Source: Escherichia coli
GTDB lineage: Bacteria > Pseudomonadota > Gammaproteobacteria > Enterobacterales > Enterobacteriaceae
DNA: 64,000 bases
Reading direction: 5' to 3' (one strand)
NCBI RefSeq assembly: GCF_044324875.1
Contig: NZ_CP172185.1
Below, piece by piece: positions 10,588 through 21,887 of this stretch. A model generated the notes under the pieces. The model was given only the letters and a program-made list of their open reading frames with translations, was not told the origin of the DNA and searched no databases. Position 1 is the stretch's first letter. Every line of letters begins with the position of its first letter. A program made the translations under genes and the position numbers.

Positions 10588-13500
10588 ATGAGTAAATTCC
10601 TGGACCGGTTTCGCTACTTCAAACAGAAGGGTGAAACCTTTGCCGATGGGCATGGCCAGCTTCTCAATACCAACCGTGACTGGGAGGATGGATATCGCCA
10701 GCGTTGGCAGCATGACAAAATCGTCCGCTCTACCCACGGGGTAAACTGCACCGGCTCCTGCAGCTGGAAAATCTACGTCAAAAACGGTCTGGTGACCTGG
10801 GAAACCCAGCAGACTGATTATCCTCGTACCCGTCCGGATCTGCCAAACCATGAACCTCGCGGCTGCCCGCGCGGTGCCAGCTACTCCTGGTATCTTTACA
10901 GTGCCAACCGCCTGAAATACCCGATGATGCGCAAACGCCTGATGAAAATGTGGCGTGAAGCGAAGGCGCTGCATAGCGATCCGATTGAGGCATGGGCTTC
11001 TATCATTGAAGACGCCGATAAAGCGAAAAGCTTTAAGCAGGCGCGTGGACGCGGTGGTTTTGTTCGTTCTTCCTGGCAGGAAGTGAACGAACTGATCGCC
11101 GCATCTAACGTTTACACCATCAAAAACTACGGCCCGGACCGTGTCGCTGGCTTCTCGCCAATTCCGGCAATGTCGATGGTTTCTTACGCGTCGGGTGCGC
11201 GTTATCTCTCGCTGCTTGGCGGTACTTGCTTAAGCTTCTACGACTGGTACTGCGACCTGCCTCCTGCGTCTCCGCAAACCTGGGGCGAGCAGACTGACGT
11301 ACCGGAATCTGCTGACTGGTACAACTCCAGCTACATCATCGCCTGGGGTTCAAACGTGCCGCAGACGCGTACTCCGGATGCTCACTTCTTTACTGAAGTG
11401 CGTTACAAAGGCACCAAAACTGTTGCCGTCACACCGGACTACGCTGAAATCGCCAAACTGTGCGATCTGTGGCTGGCACCGAAACAGGGCACCGACGCAG
11501 CAATGGCGCTGGCGATGGGCCACGTAATGCTGCGTGAATTCCACCTCGACAACCCAAGCCAGTATTTCACCGACTATGTGCGTCGCTACACCGACATGCC
11601 GATGCTGGTGATGCTGGAAGAACGCGACGGTTACTACGCCGCAGGTCGTATGCTGCGTGCTGCTGATCTGGTGGATGCGCTGGGCCAGGAAAACAATCCG
11701 GAATGGAAAACTGTCGCCTTTAATACCAATGGCGAAATGGTTGCGCCGAACGGTTCTATTGGCTTCCGCTGGGGCGAGAAGGGCAAATGGAATCTTGAGC
11801 AGCGCGACGGCAAAACTGGCGAAGAAACCGAGCTGCAACTGAGTCTGCTGGGTAGCCAGGATGAGATCGCTGAGGTGGGCTTCCCGTACTTTGGTGGCGA
11901 CGGCACGGAACACTTCAACAAAGTGGAGCTGGAAAACATTCTGCTGCACAAACTGCCGGTAAAACGCCTGCAACTGGCTGATGGCAGCACCGCACTGGTG
12001 ACCACCGTTTATGATCTGACACTGGCAAACTACGGTCTGGAACGTGGCCTGAACGACGTTAACTGCGCAACCAGCTATGACGATGTGAAAGCTTACACTC
12101 CGGCGTGGGCCGAGCAAATCACTGGCGTTTCTCGTAGCCAGATTATCCGTATTGCCCGTGAATTTGCCGATAACGCTGACAAGACGCACGGTCGTTCGAT
12201 GATTATCGTCGGTGCGGGGCTGAACCACTGGTATCACCTCGATATGAACTATCGTGGTCTGATCAACATGCTGATTTTCTGCGGCTGTGTCGGTCAGAGC
12301 GGGGGTGGCTGGGCGCACTATGTAGGTCAGGAAAAACTGCGTCCGCAAACCGGCTGGCAGCCGCTGGCGTTTGCTCTTGACTGGCAGCGTCCGGCGCGTC
12401 ACATGAACAGCACCTCTTATTTCTATAACCACTCCAGCCAGTGGCGTTATGAAACCGTGACCGCAGAAGAGTTGTTGTCGCCGATGGCGGATAAATCCCG
12501 TTATACCGGACACTTGATCGACTTTAACGTCCGTGCAGAACGTATGGGCTGGCTGCCGTCTGCGCCGCAGTTAGGCACTAACCCGCTAACTATCGCTGGC
12601 GAAGCGAAAAAAGCGGGCATGAATCCGGTGGATTACACCGTGAAATCCCTGAAAGAGGGTTCTATCCGTTTTGCGGCAGAACAACCAGAAAACGGTAAAA
12701 ACCACCCGCGTAACCTGTTCATCTGGCGTTCTAACCTGCTCGGTTCTTCCGGTAAAGGTCATGAGTTTATGCTCAAGTACCTGCTGGGGACGGAGCACGG
12801 TATCCAGGGCAAAGACCTGGGGCAGCAGGGCGGCGTGAAGCCGGAAGAAGTGGACTGGCAGGACAACGGTCTGGAAGGCAAGCTGGATCTGGTGGTGACG
12901 CTGGACTTCCGTCTGTCGAGCACCTGTCTCTATTCCGACATCATTTTGCCGACGGCGACCTGGTACGAAAAAGACGACATGAATACTTCGGATATGCATC
13001 CGTTTATTCACCCGCTGTCTGCGGCGGTCGATCCGGCCTGGGAAGCGAAAAGCGACTGGGAAATCTACAAAGCCATCGCGAAGAAATTCTCCGAAGTGTG
13101 CGTTGGTCATCTGGGTAAAGAAACTGACATCGTCACGCTGCCTATCCAGCACGACTCTGCCGCTGAACTGGCGCAACCGCTGGATGTGAAAGACTGGAAA
13201 AAAGGCGAATGCGATCTGATCCCAGGTAAAACTGCACCGCACATTATGGTCGTAGAGCGCGATTATCCGGCAACTTTCGAACGCTTTACCTCTATCGGCC
13301 CGCTGATGGAGAAAATCGGTAACGGCGGTAAAGGGATTGCCTGGAACACCCAGAGCGAGATGGATCTGCTGCGTAAGCTCAACTACACCAAAGCGGAAGG
13401 TCCGGCAAAAGGTCAGCCGATGCTCAATACCGCAATTGATGCGGCAGAGATGATCCTGACGCTGGCACCGGAAACCAATGGTCAGGTAGCTGTAAAAGCC

Positions 13501-14331
13501 TGGGCTGCCCTGAGCGAGTTTACCGGTCGTGACCATACGCATCTGGCGCTGAATAAAGAAGACGAGAAGATTCGCTTCCGCGATATTCAGGCACAGCCGC
13601 GCAAAATCATCTCCAGCCCGACCTGGTCTGGCCTTGAAGATGAACACGTTTCTTACAACGCCGGTTACACCAACGTTCACGAGCTGATCCCGTGGCGTAC
13701 GCTCTCTGGCCGTCAGCAGCTGTATCAGGATCACCAGTGGATGCGTGATTTCGGTGAAAGCCTGCTGGTTTATCGTCCGCCGATCGACACCCGTTCGGTG
13801 AAAGAAGTGATGGGCCAGAAATCCAACGGCAACCCGGAAAAAGCGCTCAACTTCCTGACGCCGCACCAGAAGTGGGGTATCCACTCCACCTACAGCGACA
13901 ACCTGCTGATGCTGACTTTAGGTCGCGGTGGTCCGGTGGTCTGGCTGAGTGAAGCCGATGCCAAAGAGCTGGGTATCGCCGATAACGACTGGATTGAAGT
14001 CTTCAACAGCAACGGTGCACTGACTGCCCGTGCGGTTGTCAGCCAGCGTGTTCCGGCAGGGATGACCATGATGTACCACGCGCAGGAACGTATCGTTAAC
14101 CTGCCTGGTTCGGAAATTACCCAACAGCGTGGTGGTATCCATAATTCGGTCACCCGTATCACGCCGAAACCGACGCATATGATCGGCGGCTATGCCCATC
14201 TGGCATACGGCTTTAACTACTATGGCACCGTAGGTTCTAACCGCGATGAGTTTGTTGTAGTGCGTAAGATGAAGAACATTGACTGGTTAGATGGCGAAGG
14301 CAATGACCAGGTACAGGAGAGCGTAAAATGA
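10588..14331 (+). CDS. narG: Respiratory nitrate reductase A alpha subunit
   Basis: 1247-aa ORF; synteny; overlaps narH start. Confidence 0.97.
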   Translation: MSKFLDRFRYFKQKGETFADGHGQLLNTNRDWEDGYRQRWQHDKIVRSTHGVNCTGSCSWKIYVKNGLVTWETQQTDYPRTRPDLPNHEPRGCPRGASYSWYLYSANRLKYPMMRKRLMKMWREAKALHSDPIEAWASIIEDADKAKSFKQARGRGGFVRSSWQEVNELIAASNVYTIKNYGPDRVAGFSPIPAMSMVSYASGARYLSLLGGTCLSFYDWYCDLPPASPQTWGEQTDVPESADWYNSSYIIAWGSNVPQTRTPDAHFFTEVRYKGTKTVAVTPDYAEIAKLCDLWLAPKQGTDAAMALAMGHVMLREFHLDNPSQYFTDYVRRYTDMPMLVMLEERDGYYAAGRMLRAADLVDALGQENNPEWKTVAFNTNGEMVAPNGSIGFRWGEKGKWNLEQRDGKTGEETELQLSLLGSQDEIAEVGFPYFGGDGTEHFNKVELENILLHKLPVKRLQLADGSTALVTTVYDLTLANYGLERGLNDVNCATSYDDVKAYTPAWAEQITGVSRSQIIRIAREFADNADKTHGRSMIIVGAGLNHWYHLDMNYRGLINMLIFCGCVGQSGGGWAHYVGQEKLRPQTGWQPLAFALDWQRPARHMNSTSYFYNHSSQWRYETVTAEELLSPMADKSRYTGHLIDFNVRAERMGWLPSAPQLGTNPLTIAGEAKKAGMNPVDYTVKSLKEGSIRFAAEQPENGKNHPRNLFIWRSNLLGSSGKGHEFMLKYLLGTEHGIQGKDLGQQGGVKPEEVDWQDNGLEGKLDLVVTLDFRLSSTCLYSDIILPTATWYEKDDMNTSDMHPFIHPLSAAVDPAWEAKSDWEIYKAIAKKFSEVCVGHLGKETDIVTLPIQHDSAAELAQPLDVKDWKKGECDLIPGKTAPHIMVVERDYPATFERFTSIGPLMEKIGNGGKGIAWNTQSEMDLLRKLNYTKAEGPAKGQPMLNTAIDAAEMILTLAPETNGQVAVKAWAALSEFTGRDHTHLALNKEDEKIRFRDIQAQPRKIISSPTWSGLEDEHVSYNAGYTNVHELIPWRTLSGRQQLYQDHQWMRDFGESLLVYRPPIDTRSVKEVMGQKSNGNPEKALNFLTPHQKWGIHSTYSDNLLMLTLGRGGPVVWLSEADAKELGIADNDWIEVFNSNGALTARAVVSQRVPAGMTMMYHAQERIVNLPGSEITQQRGGIHNSVTRITPKPTHMIGGYAHLAYGFNYYGTVGSNRDEFVVVRKMKNIDWLDGEGNDQVQESVK

Positions 14332-15866
14332 AAATTCGTTCACAAGTCGGCATGGTGCTGAATCTCGATAAGTGCATCGGCTGCCACACCTGTTCAGTTA
14401 CCTGTAAAAACGTCTGGACCAGCCGCGAAGGCGTGGAATACGCGTGGTTCAACAACGTGGAAACCAAGCCGGGCCAGGGCTTCCCGACTGACTGGGAAAA
14501 CCAGGAAAAATACAAAGGCGGCTGGATCCGTAAAATCAATGGCAAACTGCAACCGCGCATGGGTAACCGCGCCATGCTGCTGGGTAAAATCTTCGCTAAC
14601 CCGCATCTGCCGGGGATCGACGATTATTACGAGCCGTTCGATTTTGATTATCAGAATCTGCATACCGCGCCGGAAGGCAGCAAATCGCAGCCGATTGCCC
14701 GTCCGCGTTCGCTGATTACCGGGGAACGGATGGCGAAAATCGAAAAAGGGCCGAACTGGGAAGATGACCTGGGCGGTGAGTTTGACAAGCTGGCGAAAGA
14801 CAAGAACTTCGACAACATCCAGAAGGCGATGTATAGCCAGTTCGAAAACACCTTCATGATGTATTTGCCGCGCCTGTGCGAACACTGCCTGAACCCGGCA
14901 TGTGTGGCGACCTGCCCGAGCGGTGCGATTTACAAGCGTGAAGAAGATGGCATCGTCCTGATCGACCAGGATAAATGCCGTGGCTGGCGTATGTGCATCA
15001 CCGGATGCCCATACAAAAAAATCTACTTCAACTGGAAGAGCGGTAAGTCTGAGAAGTGCATCTTCTGCTATCCGCGTATTGAAGCGGGTCAGCCGACCGT
15101 GTGCTCTGAAACCTGTGTCGGTCGTATCCGTTATCTCGGCGTGCTGTTGTACGATGCCGACGCCATTGAACGTGCAGCCAGCACCGAGAACGAGAAAGAT
15201 CTCTACCAGCGTCAGCTGGAGGTGTTCCTCGATCCGAACGATCCGAAAGTCATCGAGCAGGCAATTAAAGACGGTATTCCGCTGAGCGTTATTGAAGCCG
15301 CACAGCAGTCGCCGGTTTATAAAATGGCGATGGAATGGAAACTGGCGCTGCCGCTGCATCCAGAATATCGCACACTGCCGATGGTCTGGTACGTGCCGCC
15401 TCTGTCTCCGATTCAGTCTGCAGCAGACGCGGGTGAGCTGGGCAGCAACGGCATTCTGCCAGACGTCGAAAGCCTGCGTATTCCGGTACAGTATCTGGCG
15501 AATCTGCTGACCGCCGGTGATACCAAACCGGTACTGCGCGCGCTGAAACGTATGCTGGCGATGCGTCATTACAAACGTGCTGAAACCGTTGACGGTAAAG
15601 TCGATACCCGTGCGCTGGAAGAGGTCGGTCTGACCGAAGCCCAGGCACAGGAGATGTACCGTTATCTGGCGATTGCTAACTACGAAGATCGCTTTGTGGT
15701 GCCGAGCAGTCATCGTGAACTGGCGCGGGAAGCCTTCCCGGAGAAAAATGGCTGCGGCTTTACCTTTGGTGATGGCTGCCACGGTTCAGATACCAAATTC
15801 AATCTGTTCAACAGCCGCCGTATCGATGCCATCGACGTAACCAGCAAAACGGAGCCGCACCCATGA
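14328..15866 (+). CDS. narH: Respiratory nitrate reductase A beta subunit (Fe-S)
   Basis: 512-aa ORF with multiple Cys clusters (CIGCHTCSVTC etc.). Confidence 0.97.
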   Translation: MKIRSQVGMVLNLDKCIGCHTCSVTCKNVWTSREGVEYAWFNNVETKPGQGFPTDWENQEKYKGGWIRKINGKLQPRMGNRAMLLGKIFANPHLPGIDDYYEPFDFDYQNLHTAPEGSKSQPIARPRSLITGERMAKIEKGPNWEDDLGGEFDKLAKDKNFDNIQKAMYSQFENTFMMYLPRLCEHCLNPACVATCPSGAIYKREEDGIVLIDQDKCRGWRMCITGCPYKKIYFNWKSGKSEKCIFCYPRIEAGQPTVCSETCVGRIRYLGVLLYDADAIERAASTENEKDLYQRQLEVFLDPNDPKVIEQAIKDGIPLSVIEAAQQSPVYKMAMEWKLALPLHPEYRTLPMVWYVPPLSPIQSAADAGELGSNGILPDVESLRIPVQYLANLLTAGDTKPVLRALKRMLAMRHYKRAETVDGKVDTRALEEVGLTEAQAQEMYRYLAIANYEDRFVVPSSHRELAREAFPEKNGCGFTFGDGCHGSDTKFNLFNSRRIDAIDVTSKTEPHP

Positions 15867-16573
15867 TCGAACTCGTGATTGTATCGCGTCTCCTTGAATA
15901 TCCGGATGCTGCTTTATGGCAGCATCAACAAGAGATGTTTGAGGCAATTGCTGCGTCGAAAAATCTGTCGAAAGAAGATGCCCATGCGCTGGGCATTTTC
16001 CTGCGCGATTTAACGACGATGGATCCGCTCGATGCCCAGGCGCAGTACAGCGAACTGTTCGATCGTGGTCGCGCCACGTCGCTGTTGCTGTTTGAACACG
16101 TTCACGGGGAATCCCGCGATCGCGGTCAGGCGATGGTGGACCTGCTGGCACAGTACGAGCAGCACGGTTTGCAGTTAAACAGCCGCGAATTGCCCGACCA
16201 TTTGCCGCTGTATCTGGAGTATCTGGCGCAGCTGCCGCAAAGCGAAGCCGTGGAAGGTTTGAAAGATATCGCGCCGATTCTGGCATTGCTCTGCGCGCGT
16301 CTGCAACAGCGTGAAAGCCGTTATGCCGTGCTGTTTGATCTGCTGCTGAAACTGGCGAATACCGCAATCGACAGCGACAAAGTGGCGGAAAAAATTGCCG
16401 ACGAAGCGCGCGACGATACGCCGCAGGCGCTGGATGCTGTCTGGGAAGAAGAGCAGGTTAAATTCTTTGCTGACAAAGGCTGCGGTGATTCAGCCATCAC
16501 TGCTCATCAGCGTCGCTTTGCCGGTGCCGTCGCGCCGCAATATCTGAATATCACCACCGGAGGACAGCACTAA
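15863..16573 (+). CDS. narJ: Nitrate reductase assembly chaperone NarJ
   Basis: 236-aa ORF, 4-bp overlaps with narH and narI. Confidence 0.95.
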   Translation: MIELVIVSRLLEYPDAALWQHQQEMFEAIAASKNLSKEDAHALGIFLRDLTTMDPLDAQAQYSELFDRGRATSLLLFEHVHGESRDRGQAMVDLLAQYEQHGLQLNSRELPDHLPLYLEYLAQLPQSEAVEGLKDIAPILALLCARLQQRESRYAVLFDLLLKLANTAIDSDKVAEKIADEARDDTPQALDAVWEEEQVKFFADKGCGDSAITAHQRRFAGAVAPQYLNITTGGQH

Positions 16574-17250
16574 TGCAATTCCTGAATATGTTCTTCTTTG
16601 ATATCTACCCGTACATAGCCGGGGCGGTCTTCCTGATTGGTAGCTGGCTGCGTTATGACTACGGGCAGTACACCTGGCGCGCGGCGTCCAGCCAGATGCT
16701 GGATCGCAAAGGGATGAACCTGGCGTCGAACCTGTTCCATATCGGTATTCTGGGGATTTTTGTCGGTCACTTCTTCGGTATGCTGACGCCGCACTGGATG
16801 TATGAAGCCTGGCTGCCGATTGAAGTGAAACAGAAAATGGCGATGTTTGCTGGTGGTGCCAGCGGCGTGCTGTGTCTGATTGGCGGCGTGCTGTTGCTGA
16901 AGCGTCGTCTGTTCAGCCCACGCGTGCGTGCAACCACTACCGGAGCGGATATCCTGATCCTGTCGCTGCTCGTTATCCAGTGCGCGCTGGGCCTGTTGAC
17001 CATTCCGTTCTCCGCCCAACATATGGACGGTAGCGAGATGATGAAACTGGTTGGCTGGGCGCAGTCGGTAGTGACCTTCCACGGTGGCGCTTCTCAACAC
17101 CTTGATGGTGTGGCGTTTATCTTCCGTCTGCACCTGGTGCTGGGGATGACGTTATTCTTGCTGTTCCCGTTCTCACGTCTGGTGCACATCTGGAGCGTAC
17201 CGGTGGAGTATCTGACACGTAAGTATCAGCTGGTGCGCGCTCGTCACTAA
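16573..17250 (+). CDS. narI: Respiratory nitrate reductase A gamma subunit (cytochrome b)
   Basis: 225-aa membrane ORF. Confidence 0.95.
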   Translation: MQFLNMFFFDIYPYIAGAVFLIGSWLRYDYGQYTWRAASSQMLDRKGMNLASNLFHIGILGIFVGHFFGMLTPHWMYEAWLPIEVKQKMAMFAGGASGVLCLIGGVLLLKRRLFSPRVRATTTGADILILSLLVIQCALGLLTIPFSAQHMDGSEMMKLVGWAQSVVTFHGGASQHLDGVAFIFRLHLVLGMTLFLLFPFSRLVHIWSVPVEYLTRKYQLVRARH

Positions 17251-17270
17251 GCGAATTTAAGTTTGCATAG

Positions 17271-17300
17271 ACCCCGCTTCGGCGGGGTTTTTTTATGGGC
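17271..17300 (+). terminator. Rho-independent terminator after narI
   Basis: accccgcttcggcggggt hairpin followed by TTTTTTT. Confidence 0.7.
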
Positions 17301-17430
17301 ACGGTACGGGGTGAGTTGTCGGATGCGCTTCGCTTATCCGAACAACAGGGAAGGATATTGTAGGTCCGGTAAACGCGGTGCCATTGGGCAGAATTAGCTC
17401 GGAGTAACAGGTTTTGAGTATTTACAGGAA

Positions 17431-17968
17431 GTGATGGTGGTTGGGGAAGGATTATTCAGCGCTGCGCGCTTCACCCTTCGGGTCGTTGCCTGCGGCAACG
17501 CTCTCTCGCTGGCGCTCGAGTCGAACCTTGGTCGAAGCTTCTCATCCTTCCCCGCTTGGGCAGAATATTTAATTACGGATTCGTTTGAGAGTTCAGGGAC
17601 TTTTGAAAGTGATGGTGGTGGGGGAAGGATTACTCAGCGCTGCGCGCTTCGCCCTTCGGGTCGTTGCCTGCGGCAACGCTCTCTCGCTGGCGCTCGAGTC
17701 GAGCCTTGGTCGAAGCTTCTCATCCTTCCCCGCTTGGGCAGAATATTTAATTACGGATTCGTTTGAGAGTTCAGGGACTTTTGAAAGTGATGGTGGTGGG
17801 GGAAGGATTACTCAGCGCTGCGCGCTTCGCCCTTCGGGTCGTTGCCTGCGGCAACGCTCTCTCGCTGGCGCTCGAGTCGAGCCTTGGTCGAAGCTTCTCA
17901 TCCTTCCCCGCTTGGGCAGAATATTTAATTACGGATTCGTTTGAGAGTTCAGGGACTTTTGAAAGTGA
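17431..17968 (-). repeat. Three tandem ~178-bp repeats of the tyrT operon distal region (rtT/tpr region)
   Basis: Units beginning at 17431, 17609 and 17786, each starting with a copy of the 3'-terminal ~19 nt of tRNA-Tyr; near-identical units. Confidence 0.9.
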
Positions 17969-18053
<85 letters not shown>

Positions 18054-18089
18054 ACGGGGTAATGCTTTTTACTGGCCTGCTCCCTTATC

Positions 18090-18135
18090 GGGAAGCGGGG
18101 CGCATCATATCAAATGACGCGCCGCTGTAAAGTGT
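18090..18135 (-). promoter_or_regulatory. tyrT promoter (-35 TTTACA, -10 TATGAT, GC-rich discriminator)
   Basis: Minus-strand hexamers at 18126-18131 and 18103-18109, GCGCCCCGC discriminator; classic stringent promoter layout upstream of tRNA. Confidence 0.7.
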
Positions 18136-18212
18136 TACGTTGAGAAAAATGAACTGGTTGCGTAATTTTCACCCGTAACGGATTAAAGGTAACCAGTTAT
18201 TTTTGCTGGCGA

Positions 18213-19055
18213 TTAAAGAATAATCGTCCGATTACCGTAAACAAAGACGCGCTGCGCCAGTACTTTGTAGAGTGCGCGACTTAAGACGTTTTTCTCGACG
18301 TCACGACCTGCGCGCATCATATCTTCAGCTGTGTAGGTATGATCGACATGAATAACGTCCTGCATGATGATTGGACCTTCGTCCAGATTGTCATTCACAT
18401 AGTGAGCGGTTGCGCCAATAATCTTCACGCCACGTTCATAGGCCTGGTGATAAGGACGTGCGCCGATAAACGCTGGCAGGAATGAATGGTGAATATTGAT
18501 GATCTTATTCGGGAAGCGTGCCACAAATTCTGGCGTTAATACCCGCATATACTTCGCCAGCACCACGTAGTCAGGCTGATAAGCATCAATGGCATCCGCC
18601 ATCTTTTGATCGTGCTCGTTGCGGCTTAACCCTTCATGGCTTACCAGCTCAAACGGAATATCAAAACGCTCAACCAGAGAACGTAAAGTATCGTGGTTAC
18701 CAATAACTGCCGCGATTTCGACATCCAGGCCGCCGTAATTGGCTTTCATCAACAAATCGCCGAGGCAATGCGCCTCTTTAGTGACCAGAATCACTATCCG
18801 GCGACGACCGGCAGGATTCAGCTCACGTACGGAGCCTTCTGGCAATGCGCTGTCGAGATCCGCCAGCAGGGTGGAATCATTAAAAATTCCTTCCAGTTCC
18901 GTGCGCATAAAAAAGCGCCCGGTACGGTGATCAACAAATTCATTGTTCTGTACGATATTTAACTCGTGCTTGTAGCAAATATTGGTAATACGTGCGATCA
19001 GACCTTTTTGGTCCGGACAAATAGTACGCAGAACTTTACGTTGGAGTGAATGCAT
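18213..19055 (-). CDS. purU: Formyltetrahydrofolate deformylase
   Basis: 280-aa ORF. Confidence 0.95.
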   Translation of the reverse strand: MHSLQRKVLRTICPDQKGLIARITNICYKHELNIVQNNEFVDHRTGRFFMRTELEGIFNDSTLLADLDSALPEGSVRELNPAGRRRIVILVTKEAHCLGDLLMKANYGGLDVEIAAVIGNHDTLRSLVERFDIPFELVSHEGLSRNEHDQKMADAIDAYQPDYVVLAKYMRVLTPEFVARFPNKIINIHHSFLPAFIGARPYHQAYERGVKIIGATAHYVNDNLDEGPIIMQDVIHVDHTYTAEDMMRAGRDVEKNVLSRALYKVLAQRVFVYGNRTIIL

Positions 19056-19104
19056 TGCTGGAAAAACCTTGTTGAGAGTGTTTGCTAAACCGTACCGTCA
19101 ACCA

Positions 19105-19563
19105 TTATTGGCCGCAGCACTTTTTAAATTTTTTACCTGAACCACAAGGGCAGGGATCGTTGCGGCCAAACTGCGGACGTGTACCGTCAATATAGTACCA
19201 TTGACCGTTTTCTTTCAAAAATCGCGAACGTTCAATGATTGCACCTGTTTTGCCACCTTCGGTATATCGCGCAACAAAACTGACAAATCCGATATTGTCG
19301 ACGTCCTGCCAACAATGTTCAAATACGGTCAATCCTAACCATTCAGTATGCGCAAATCCGGCAATCAATTCGGCACGTAACGCCGCCGCTCCACAAGATG
19401 GATGCCAGGTCTTTATTAAATAATCTGCGTCTTTCATCACAAAAGCGCAGTAACGCGAACGCATGAGATGTTCTGGATCAGGTGCAACCTTTTCACCAGA
19501 CACATAAGGGTGGCAACATAGGCTATACTCGACAGCACTACCACAGGGACAAAGCTGAGACAC
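19105..19563 (-). CDS. ychJ: SEC-C motif protein YchJ
   Basis: 152-aa ORF from GTG; CPCGS...[14 protein letters not shown] motifs at both ends. Confidence 0.8.
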   Translation of the reverse strand: MSQLCPCGSAVEYSLCCHPYVSGEKVAPDPEHLMRSRYCAFVMKDADYLIKTWHPSCGAAALRAELIAGFAHTEWLGLTVFEHCWQDVDNIGFVSFVARYTEGGKTGAIIERSRFLKENGQWYYIDGTRPQFGRNDPCPCGSGKKFKKCCGQ

Positions 19564-19675
19564 AAATAATCTCCCTGGAAACAATAACGGCGTATTAACC
19601 GCCTGAGTAGCACTATGTTAACCGAGCAGTAGCGATGTTGCTACGATTGCATTCCAGGGGAATCTTGCGGGAATA

Positions 19676-20581
19676 ATGAGAAAGATAAAAATAGGGCTGG
19701 CGCTGGGATCTGGCGCGGCGAGAGGTTGGTCGCATATTGGCGTTATTAATGCGCTAAAAAAAGTGGGTATTGAAATTGATATCGTTGCAGGATGTTCAAT
19801 TGGTTCGCTGGTGGGCGCTGCCTATGCATGCGATCGACTATCTGCGCTGGAAGATTGGGTGACCTCTTTCAGTTATTGGGATGTTTTACGCCTGATGGAT
19901 CTCTCCTGGCAGCGCGGTGGGTTACTGCGCGGCGAGCGTGTCTTCAATCAATATCGCGAAATAATGCCGGAAACAGAGATCGAAAATTGTTCCCGTCGCT
20001 TCGCGGCTGTTGCCACCAATTTAAGTACTGGGCGCGAATTATGGTTTACTGAAGGCGATCTCCATCTTGCTATTCGTGCATCATGCAGTATTCCAGGACT
20101 AATGGCACCCGTTGCGCATAACGGCTACTGGCTGGTTGATGGCGCTGTAGTTAACCCAATTCCTATTTCGCTCACGCGTGCATTGGGTGCTGATATTGTG
20201 ATAGCGGTCGACCTGCAGCACGATGCTCATTTGATGCAACAAGATCTGCTCTCCTTTAATGTTAGTGAAGAAAATAGCGAGAATGGTGATTCTCTGCCGT
20301 GGCATGCGCGTCTGAAAGAAAGGTTGGGCAGCATAACGACACGTCGGGCGGTGACAGCGCCAACGGCAACAGAGATTATGACCACTTCTATCCAGGTGCT
20401 GGAGAACCGCCTTAAAAGGAACCGCATGGCAGGTGATCCGCCCGATATTCTGATTCAACCTGTTTGCCCGCAAATATCTACGCTTGATTTCCATCGCGCG
20501 CACGCTGCCATTGCGGCTGGGCAGCTGGCAGTGGAAAAGAAAATGGATGAACTTTTGCCGTTGGTACGCACCAACATTTGA
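19676..20581 (+). CDS. rssA: Patatin-like phospholipase RssA
   Basis: 301-aa ORF with GxSxG (GCSIGS) motif. Confidence 0.9.
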   Translation: MRKIKIGLALGSGAARGWSHIGVINALKKVGIEIDIVAGCSIGSLVGAAYACDRLSALEDWVTSFSYWDVLRLMDLSWQRGGLLRGERVFNQYREIMPETEIENCSRRFAAVATNLSTGRELWFTEGDLHLAIRASCSIPGLMAPVAHNGYWLVDGAVVNPIPISLTRALGADIVIAVDLQHDAHLMQQDLLSFNVSEENSENGDSLPWHARLKERLGSITTRRAVTAPTATEIMTTSIQVLENRLKRNRMAGDPPDILIQPVCPQISTLDFHRAHAAIAAGQLAVEKKMDELLPLVRTNI

Positions 20582-20672
20582 CCAGAATTTTTATCTACAC
20601 TTAAGTTAATTCTGACAGGCGCAGGTGGCAATAGCATGCCACTATTGAGTAAAGCCAGTCAGGGGAGAGAAC

Positions 20673-21686
20673 ATGACGCAGCCATTGGTCGGAAAACAGA
20701 TTCTCATTGTTGAAGATGAGCAGGTATTTCGCTCGCTTCTGGATTCGTGGTTTTCCTCATTGGGAGCGACAACGGTACTGGCGGCTGATGGGGTGGATGC
20801 CCTTGAGTTGCTGGGAGGTTTCACTCCAGACCTGATGATATGTGATATCGCGATGCCACGAATGAACGGGCTTAAACTGCTGGAGCATATACGTAACAGA
20901 GGCGACCAGACACCTGTTCTGGTGATATCTGCCACTGAAAATATGGCAGATATTGCCAAAGCGTTACGTCTGGGCGTTGAAGATGTTTTGCTGAAACCAG
21001 TTAAAGATCTGAATCGCTTGCGCGAGATGGTTTTTGCCTGTCTCTATCCCAGCATGTTTAATTCCCGCGTTGAGGAAGAGGAGAGGCTTTTTCGCGACTG
21101 GGATGCAATGGTTGATAACCCTGCCGCAGCGGCGAAATTATTACAGGAATTGCAACCGCCGGTTCAGCAGGTGATTTCCCATTGCCGGGTTAATTATCGT
21201 CAATTGGTTGCCGCGGACAAACCCGGCCTGGTGCTTGATATTGCCGCACTTTCGGAAAACGATCTGGCATTTTATTGCCTTGATGTCACCCGAGCTGGAC
21301 ATAATGGCGTACTTGCTGCCTTGTTATTACGCGCATTGTTTAACGGATTATTACAGGAACAGCTTGCACATCAAAATCAACGGTTGCCAGAGTTGGGCGC
21401 GTTATTGAAGCAGGTAAACCATTTACTCCGTCAGGCCAATCTACCGGGGCAGTTTCCGCTATTAGTTGGCTATTATCATCGCGAACTGAAAAATCTCATT
21501 CTGGTTTCTGCGGGTCTGAATGCGACATTAAATACTGGCGAACACCAGGTGCAAATCAGTAATGGTGTTCCGTTAGGCACTTTAGGTAACGCTTATTTGA
21601 ATCAATTGAGCCAGCGATGCGATGCCTGGCAATGCCAAATATGGGGAACCGGTGGTCGGCTTCGCTTGATGTTGTCTGCAGAATGA
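20673..21686 (+). CDS. rssB: RpoS proteolysis adaptor / response regulator RssB
   Basis: 337-aa ORF with receiver domain. Confidence 0.95.
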   Translation: MTQPLVGKQILIVEDEQVFRSLLDSWFSSLGATTVLAADGVDALELLGGFTPDLMICDIAMPRMNGLKLLEHIRNRGDQTPVLVISATENMADIAKALRLGVEDVLLKPVKDLNRLREMVFACLYPSMFNSRVEEEERLFRDWDAMVDNPAAAAKLLQELQPPVQQVISHCRVNYRQLVAADKPGLVLDIAALSENDLAFYCLDVTRAGHNGVLAALLLRALFNGLLQEQLAHQNQRLPELGALLKQVNHLLRQANLPGQFPLLVGYYHRELKNLILVSAGLNATLNTGEHQVQISNGVPLGTLGNAYLNQLSQRCDAWQCQIWGTGGRLRLMLSAE

Positions 21687-21887
21687 GCAAACGATAACGC
21701 GGGCTAAATTTGCATTACCTGCTAATGTCGGCTGGTGTTACTATCGTCGCCATTCGTATAAGTAATTGTCTTAATTATGCTAACTCGCCTCCTTTTCAGA
21801 ACTTAGCCCCTTCGGGGTGCTGATATACTGGGATGCGATACAGAAATATGAACACGTTCAAAACACGAACAGTCCAGGAGAATTTAA

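Noticed and set aside
11350-13884. 387-aa and 432-aa ORFs antisense to narG
   Set aside because: Embedded antisense frames within narG; Arg/Val/His-rich translations with no RBS context; artefacts of open antisense frames.
14394-15782. 462-aa ORF antisense to narH
   Set aside because: Same reasoning: entirely within narH on the opposite strand.
17320-17350. REP-like palindrome downstream of narI (tcggatgcgcttcgcttatccgaa)
   Set aside because: Only partial resemblance to the REP consensus; too degenerate to call without alignment.
17431-17810. Possible additional tRNA-Tyr copies at the start of each 178-bp repeat
   Set aside because: Only the 3'-terminal ~19 nt of the tRNA is present in each; no acceptor/D/anticodon arms, so they are not genes.
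17431-17968. CRISPR array
   Set aside because: Repeat unit is ~178 bp with no interspersed unique spacers and no cas genes nearby; this is the tyrT distal repeat.
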